In this document: in pieces, positions 60,008 to 64,000 of the stretch
Position numbering within the stretch: the stretch's first letter is position 1
Layout of the letters: every line of letters starts with the position of its first letter
Source: a virus
Lineage: Duplodnaviria > Caudoviricetes
Virus record (IMG/VR): IMGVR_UViG_3300010167_000010
Span: 160,001 to 224,000 of that record
Direction: 5' to 3' (one strand)
Length of the DNA stretch: 64,000 bases
Made by a program: the position numbers and the translations under genes
Notes under the pieces: generated by a model
Told to the model about the DNA's origin: nothing
The model's database searches: none
The model's input: the letters and a program-made list of their open reading frames with translations, nothing else

Positions 60008-60067
60008 GATCTCAGGAATCCTTTCCTTTTTAAAGATAAATTTAAAAAGGAAACAAAATCAGAGATC
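60008..60067. repeat. inverted repeat / long hairpin
   Basis: TTTCCTTTTTAAA-GATAAA-TTTAAAAAGGAAA (60022-60053) enclosed by GATCTC/GAGATC. Confidence 0.8.
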
Positions 60068-60095
60068 AGAGTTAATATCTAATTAAGGAGAATAA

Positions 60096-60581
60096 ATGAA
60101 AAAATATGTTTTAATTATTTTTTTGGTTTTTCTAACTAGCTTTATTTCAGCACAAGAATGGAGTATAGGTGGAAATTTTGAAATGGATTTAAATCCAGAA
60201 GATAAAACTTTTTCTGGTGAAATATCTGTAAGTTACGATTTTACAGATCGATTATGGGCATCTACAGGTTTTGGAATAGTTTATGAAGATCGTGTAGAAA
60301 AACTTATTCCTAGTTTAACCGTTGGTTATGGAGTTGCAAATATTGGTCCAATGGGAGTCAGTATTTTTGCTGGTGGGTATTATTCTATTTTATTACACGA
60401 AAAAGATGCTCATAATTATGGTTTTTATTTAGGTTTTGGGTCACTCTTTCAATTATCTGAAAGAGTCTTTTTTGGTGTTACTTTAATGAGTGTTACATTT
60501 GATATTTATGATAACGATTTAAGTATATTTGCTTCAGTTTTTCCAATGAATCCCAGTTTTAGTTTAAGTTTCTATTTCTAA
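60096..60581 (+). CDS. small outer-membrane beta-barrel protein
   Basis: Signal peptide MKKYVLIIFLVFLTSFISA-Q, alternating amphipathic strands, C-terminal FSLSFYF; AAGGAG SD. Confidence 0.75.
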   Translation: MKKYVLIIFLVFLTSFISAQEWSIGGNFEMDLNPEDKTFSGEISVSYDFTDRLWASTGFGIVYEDRVEKLIPSLTVGYGVANIGPMGVSIFAGGYYSILLHEKDAHNYGFYLGFGSLFQLSERVFFGVTLMSVTFDIYDNDLSIFASVFPMNPSFSLSFYF

Positions 60582-60585
60582 GGTT

Positions 60586-60629
60586 TTGAACAAATAATCT
60601 ACCCTTCTTATATAATATATGTAAGGGAG
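60586..60629 (+). promoter_or_regulatory. early-type promoter TTGAAC-N15-CTTATATAATATATGTAAGGGA
   Basis: Near-identical to 1682 copy; heads the 60636-64000 run of small genes. Confidence 0.75.
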
Positions 60630-60635
60630 ATTATT

Positions 60636-61109
60636 ATGAACGATTTAGAATTAAGAGAAAAGTTTAATACAGATTATAAATGGTTATTCAGAGGCGTTTT
60701 AGCAGTTAACATGCAACAAACAGCTGATGAAAGACTTCAAGAAACAGTAAAATTTCATAATAATCGAGGATTTACTCCTGCCGATGCAAAGTTTCTTTGC
60801 TCAATAGCAAAACAGATTTTAAAGGGTTATGGTCTCTCTGAAAAACAGCTTTATGTAACTCGTAAAAAAATGCATAAATATGCCGGTCAATGTTTACGTT
60901 TGGCAAAGGCCGGGATAAAAGTTGAAAATGTTGGAAAACTTGAAGACGCAATTCATTGGACTATTTCAAAAAATAATATAGCAATAGGTGTAAAATTAGG
61001 GCCTTCTCCTTCTGAAGTAATTGCTGAGGCCAGAAGGCAAGATAATGCCATTGCAAATTATTTTTCCAGAAATTTTGATGCTGATGGTAGAGTGAAGGAT
61101 TTTTCATGA
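60636..61109 (+). CDS. early phage hypothetical protein
   Basis: QTADE...HNNRGFTPADA...LSEKQ...KYAGQ. Confidence 0.8.
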   Translation: MNDLELREKFNTDYKWLFRGVLAVNMQQTADERLQETVKFHNNRGFTPADAKFLCSIAKQILKGYGLSEKQLYVTRKKMHKYAGQCLRLAKAGIKVENVGKLEDAIHWTISKNNIAIGVKLGPSPSEVIAEARRQDNAIANYFSRNFDADGRVKDFS

Positions 61110-61198
61110 ACTTTGTAGAAATTGTTGGTTGTTTAACTATATCATTTTTTATTGGCGGAGGCGCATTTTTAATCTGTGCCTTTAAGGATTGGATATGA
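61106..61198 (+). CDS. 30-aa single-TM peptide
   Basis: MNFVEIVGCLTISFFIGGGAFLICAFKDWI; ATGA coupling, AAGGA SD. Confidence 0.6.
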   Translation: MNFVEIVGCLTISFFIGGGAFLICAFKDWI

Positions 61199-61287
61199 TT
61201 ATCGAGAAAATTCTTTTAACTGGAATTATTATGTGTTTTCTTATGTATTTTGTCCCGTGGGCATATACAAAATTAAGGAGTAGATAA
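61195..61287 (+). CDS. 30-aa single-TM peptide
   Basis: MIIEKILLTGIIMCFLMYFVPWAYTKLRSR; coupled at both ends. Confidence 0.6.
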   Translation: MIIEKILLTGIIMCFLMYFVPWAYTKLRSR

Positions 61288-61532
61288 TGAAATTTGTTCT
61301 AAGCGATAATGCACAAAAACAACTAAACAATATGATGGAAAGAAAAGGCGTCAATACTGATTGTGATGATGTCATTGTCGTTGAACTCACTTCGTATGGA
61401 AAATATGACGATACTGGAATGATGAGCGGACCCTCCTTTTGCGGTGATAAAATTACTAGCCCAAAAGTTATTGCTACTACACATATTCAGTTCAGTTTTG
61501 ATGTTGGCCCAGATTATGGAAGGGATAGTTAA
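61287..61532 (+). CDS. early hypothetical protein
   Basis: AAGGAG SD. Confidence 0.7.
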   Translation: MKFVLSDNAQKQLNNMMERKGVNTDCDDVIVVELTSYGKYDDTGMMSGPSFCGDKITSPKVIATTHIQFSFDVGPDYGRDS

Positions 61533-61787
61533 ATGAATGATTTTGATATGAATATTGAAGATTTTTTTAATTTAGCCGGAAAAAATGCGGCTGGTGATTT
61601 ACTTTATCAAATAAGCAAAAGCAAAAATGTTGATGAGCAAATTGAAACTGTTAGGCAGTTTCTTTTAGATACTACATTGCGAGCAGAGGCTTGGGGAAAA
61701 ATTCAGGCCATCGAGCATGCTGTTAGCATGTATGAAGAAGCCCTCAAAGATAGGGTTTTGAATTTTAAGGAAAGAGGAATAGAATAA
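61533..61787 (+). CDS. early hypothetical protein
   Basis: Abuts neighbours in operon. Confidence 0.7.
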   Translation: MNDFDMNIEDFFNLAGKNAAGDLLYQISKSKNVDEQIETVRQFLLDTTLRAEAWGKIQAIEHAVSMYEEALKDRVLNFKERGIE

Positions 61788-62224
61788 TGCCTACAATTAA
61801 TGAAATTTTAAGTGCAAGCGGAAACCCAGAAGGAATTGAAAAGAGAATGGAAGATATGCCTGAAAATATCCAGCATATTCTTTCACGTGGAAATCGTTTA
61901 ATGCGGAATTGGTGGGATGCTTATTTTCCCCTTGCTCAAGCTAATGATGATCGAAATTTCGGTCGTAGGAATCCAAATAACAATAATTTTAAGCGCAGAT
62001 CACTTCGTGGGAAAATGATAAAAGCTAGGGAAGCAATCGAAGCTGCCGGTTATGAACCGCGTGGTGGGGAAGGAAGTGGTCCAAAGTGTGTTATCAAGCG
62101 CATTGAAAATACTACAGAACTTTTTCCAGAATATACTGTTATTGTAATTGGTCAATTTAATGCAGATTTTGGAAATTGGGATAATGAAGGACATTTTCAA
62201 AAAACATTTTCAGTAAAGTTTTAA
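61787..62224 (+). CDS. early hypothetical protein
   Basis: GAGG SD, TAATG coupling. Confidence 0.75.
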   Translation: MPTINEILSASGNPEGIEKRMEDMPENIQHILSRGNRLMRNWWDAYFPLAQANDDRNFGRRNPNNNNFKRRSLRGKMIKAREAIEAAGYEPRGGEGSGPKCVIKRIENTTELFPEYTVIVIGQFNADFGNWDNEGHFQKTFSVKF

Positions 62225-62235
62225 GGGAAATTAAA

Positions 62236-62631
62236 ATGATTATTAGAAGTGGACGTGTAAAAGAAATTATTGAAGAAAGGTTTGATCAGTTATTCAGTAA
62301 TTGGGAAAATTTAAGCTTAAATGATAATTTTGATTTATCAGTATTTTCAGAAGATGAATTTAAAATTATAAAAGAAAAAATAATGCTAACTGTTATTTAT
62401 AGTGTTTCTTTTGGTGAAGTTAGAAAAATCCATGAAAGTATTATTCTTGAAAGATTCAGAAGTCATTTTAAATTAATGTCAGATGAATTTTTTGAAAAGA
62501 TAGAATTAAGTTATAAAAGTTTTGCACCAAAAATTAGAACTCTTATTAGATATACAGTAGAAAGTATTTTATCAGAAAAAATATTTGACTTAAATCTTTT
62601 AGTATTTCCAGATAAGTGGGAGAATATATAA
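62236..62631 (+). CDS. hypothetical protein
   Basis: 131 aa in operon. Confidence 0.7.
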   Translation: MIIRSGRVKEIIEERFDQLFSNWENLSLNDNFDLSVFSEDEFKIIKEKIMLTVIYSVSFGEVRKIHESIILERFRSHFKLMSDEFFEKIELSYKSFAPKIRTLIRYTVESILSEKIFDLNLLVFPDKWENI

Positions 62632-62888
62632 TGGCAGTTGATCTTTATGGAAATGAAGTCCAAATTGGAGATTATATTATAGTAACTCCACCTCATTATA
62701 GAGATATACCTTTTATCACAAAAGCTATAAATGTTGGTCCAATTGCAATTACAATAGAATTTTGTTATCATGAAATCTTTGGTAAGAATGCATGTAAGAA
62801 AATTAGAAAATCAGTAAGAAAAGGGTTTGTTAGAATAACAGAAGAAATGGCTAAAAATATAATGGGCGATAAATTTAATCTTATATAA
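62631..62888 (+). CDS. hypothetical protein
   Basis: GGAG SD, TAATG-coupled ATG 62631; DLYGNEVQIGD phage-type N-terminus. Confidence 0.7.
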   Translation: MAVDLYGNEVQIGDYIIVTPPHYRDIPFITKAINVGPIAITIEFCYHEIFGKNACKKIRKSVRKGFVRITEEMAKNIMGDKFNLI

Positions 62889-62892
62889 TAAT

Positions 62893-63165
62893 ATGTTAAA
62901 GCGTGAGTATAATTTAACACAAGTTGTAAAAGCAATAAATAATAAAGAAGCAATTGCAATTTATAACGAAATAGAATATCATAATGCTGAATATGAAAAT
63001 AAAATGATTTCTTTATATAATGAAGGATTTTTGATAGTTTCAATTCCATTAGAAAAATTTAATCTTATAGAAATAAAATTTTGGGATGAAGATTTTCGTG
63101 AAAATATTTATGCCGGTACTTTAGATGAAGCAATTCAATATAAAATGGACGGGAGTATTAGATGA
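62893..63165 (+). CDS. hypothetical protein
   Basis: 90 aa in operon. Confidence 0.7.
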   Translation: MLKREYNLTQVVKAINNKEAIAIYNEIEYHNAEYENKMISLYNEGFLIVSIPLEKFNLIEIKFWDEDFRENIYAGTLDEAIQYKMDGSIR

Positions 63166-63626
63166 GTTTACTTATGAAATTAGTAGATAAATCAGATCTT
63201 TTTAAATTAAATGCATATCAAATTAAAAACTGGCTAGAAGATGGTTTAACTGAAGAAGAAGTTATAGGTAGAATGTTTTTAAGACAACTTTCTAATTTTA
63301 TTTGGAATAAACATAATGAAGGTAATTTAGTTGATGAATTATATTTTAAAGAAGTAAAACAAGAATTAGAAAATTATAGAATTACTTATGTATCTTATAA
63401 TAATGAAACACAAAAATTTATATTAAAATCAGCTAGACCTGGTGTTATAATTGGAGTTAGAGGTTCTAATATAGATAAAATAGATAAACATCTTTTTAAT
63501 TGGGCTAAAGAAGAAAAAATTCCATATTCTGGAATTGCTCTTAAGGAAGATAGAAATCCACTTGAAAATGATATTAATTATTCTTTGAATATGTTTAGTT
63601 TGTTACATTCAGATCCAGATTTTTAA
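63162..63626 (+). CDS. protein with ribosomal protein uS3-like type II KH domain
   Basis: SARPGVIIGVRGSNIDKI matches the uS3 KH motif (T/S)ARPGxxIGxxGxxIxKL. Confidence 0.7.
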   Translation: MSLLMKLVDKSDLFKLNAYQIKNWLEDGLTEEEVIGRMFLRQLSNFIWNKHNEGNLVDELYFKEVKQELENYRITYVSYNNETQKFILKSARPGVIIGVRGSNIDKIDKHLFNWAKEEKIPYSGIALKEDRNPLENDINYSLNMFSLLHSDPDF

Positions 63627-63635
63627 GGAGTAAAT

Positions 63636-64000
63636 ATGAATTTTAATGAAAATGTAGAGCTGTATTTTGAAGATGAAGTAGCAAGAATTCATAGGTTTAT
63701 GAATGAAAAAAGACACACAGGAATTGCAAGAAATATTTTTGGAGAAGATTATCATGAGATAATGAATGTAATAAAAAATACAGCAAAAGAATGTTTAATA
63801 AATGATGAAATTTATAAAATGCATGTAGATATTGTTGGAGATAAAATAGAAAAAAATCTTCCAAAAAAATATAGCGAAATATATGCAGCAGAAAGAAAAG
63901 ATAAAAAATATGTCCCATATAAATGGGATTGTGTTTATAATATTATTAAGACGTCTGTAGAGTCTATAATTAGGAATACAGCAGCAAATGAATTTACATT
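63636..64000 (+). CDS. partial hypothetical protein (3' end outside window)
   Basis: AAGGAG SD, ATG 63636, frame open to window end. Confidence 0.65.
   Translation, partial: MNFNENVELYFEDEVARIHRFMNEKRHTGIARNIFGEDYHEIMNVIKNTAKECLINDEIYKMHVDIVGDKIEKNLPKKYSEIYAAERKDKKYVPYKWDCVYNIIKTSVESIIRNTAANEFT

Noticed and set aside
62880-62892. CTTATATAAT as a fifth early promoter
   Set aside because: No TTGAAC 15 nt upstream
1970-63918. Short ORFs overlapping long genes (e.g. 1970..2197, 4429..4761, 8612..8836, 10589..10825, 12485..13117, 15503..15772, 51908..52225, 52429..52653, 58706..58996, 63697..63918)
   Set aside because: Antisense or off-frame shadows with no SD, promoter motif or recognisable domain
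1-64000. CRISPR array, rRNA, IS/transposase or integrase
   Set aside because: No regularly spaced repeats or matching motifs seen by eye

Overview
AT-rich 64 kb segment of a large T4-like (myovirus-type, probably jumbo) phage genome read in the standard genetic code. Virion genes are scattered on both strands: gp20-like portal, gp23-like major capsid, gp13-like neck, probable gp15-like tail terminator, a tail-chaperone-like pair and a 4671-aa baseplate/tail protein. Host-like genes (Treponema-style methyl-accepting chemotaxis protein, Cache-domain hybrid histidine kinase, small outer-membrane beta-barrel) suggest a motile diderm, probably spirochaete, host. Three promoter motifs are readable: ACTAAWTAWT directly abutting ATG (late, leaderless), TTGAAC-N15-CTTATATA (early islands) and GTTAATWT. 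Main oddities: (1) a DNA methyltransferase whose catalytic DPPY motif is broken by a 13-nt stop-containing gap with matched Pro codons and a 5' hairpin, the layout of a programmed ribosomal bypass; (2) a late-promoter array of six EpeE/YydG-like radical SAM enzymes plus a B12-type radical SAM between tail genes, with no evident precursor peptide; (3) a sigma-70-like protein with late promoter and head-protease-type leader, a candidate virion-packaged sigma factor; (4) a family of proteins with a T4-type capsid-targeting N-terminus, three of them ADP-ribosyltransferase-like; (5) a SWIM zinc-finger gene split in two by an antisense HNH endonuclease; (6) a tRNA-shaped RNA with 132 nt in place of the anticodon loop. 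All family calls come from motifs recognised by eye; no searches were run.
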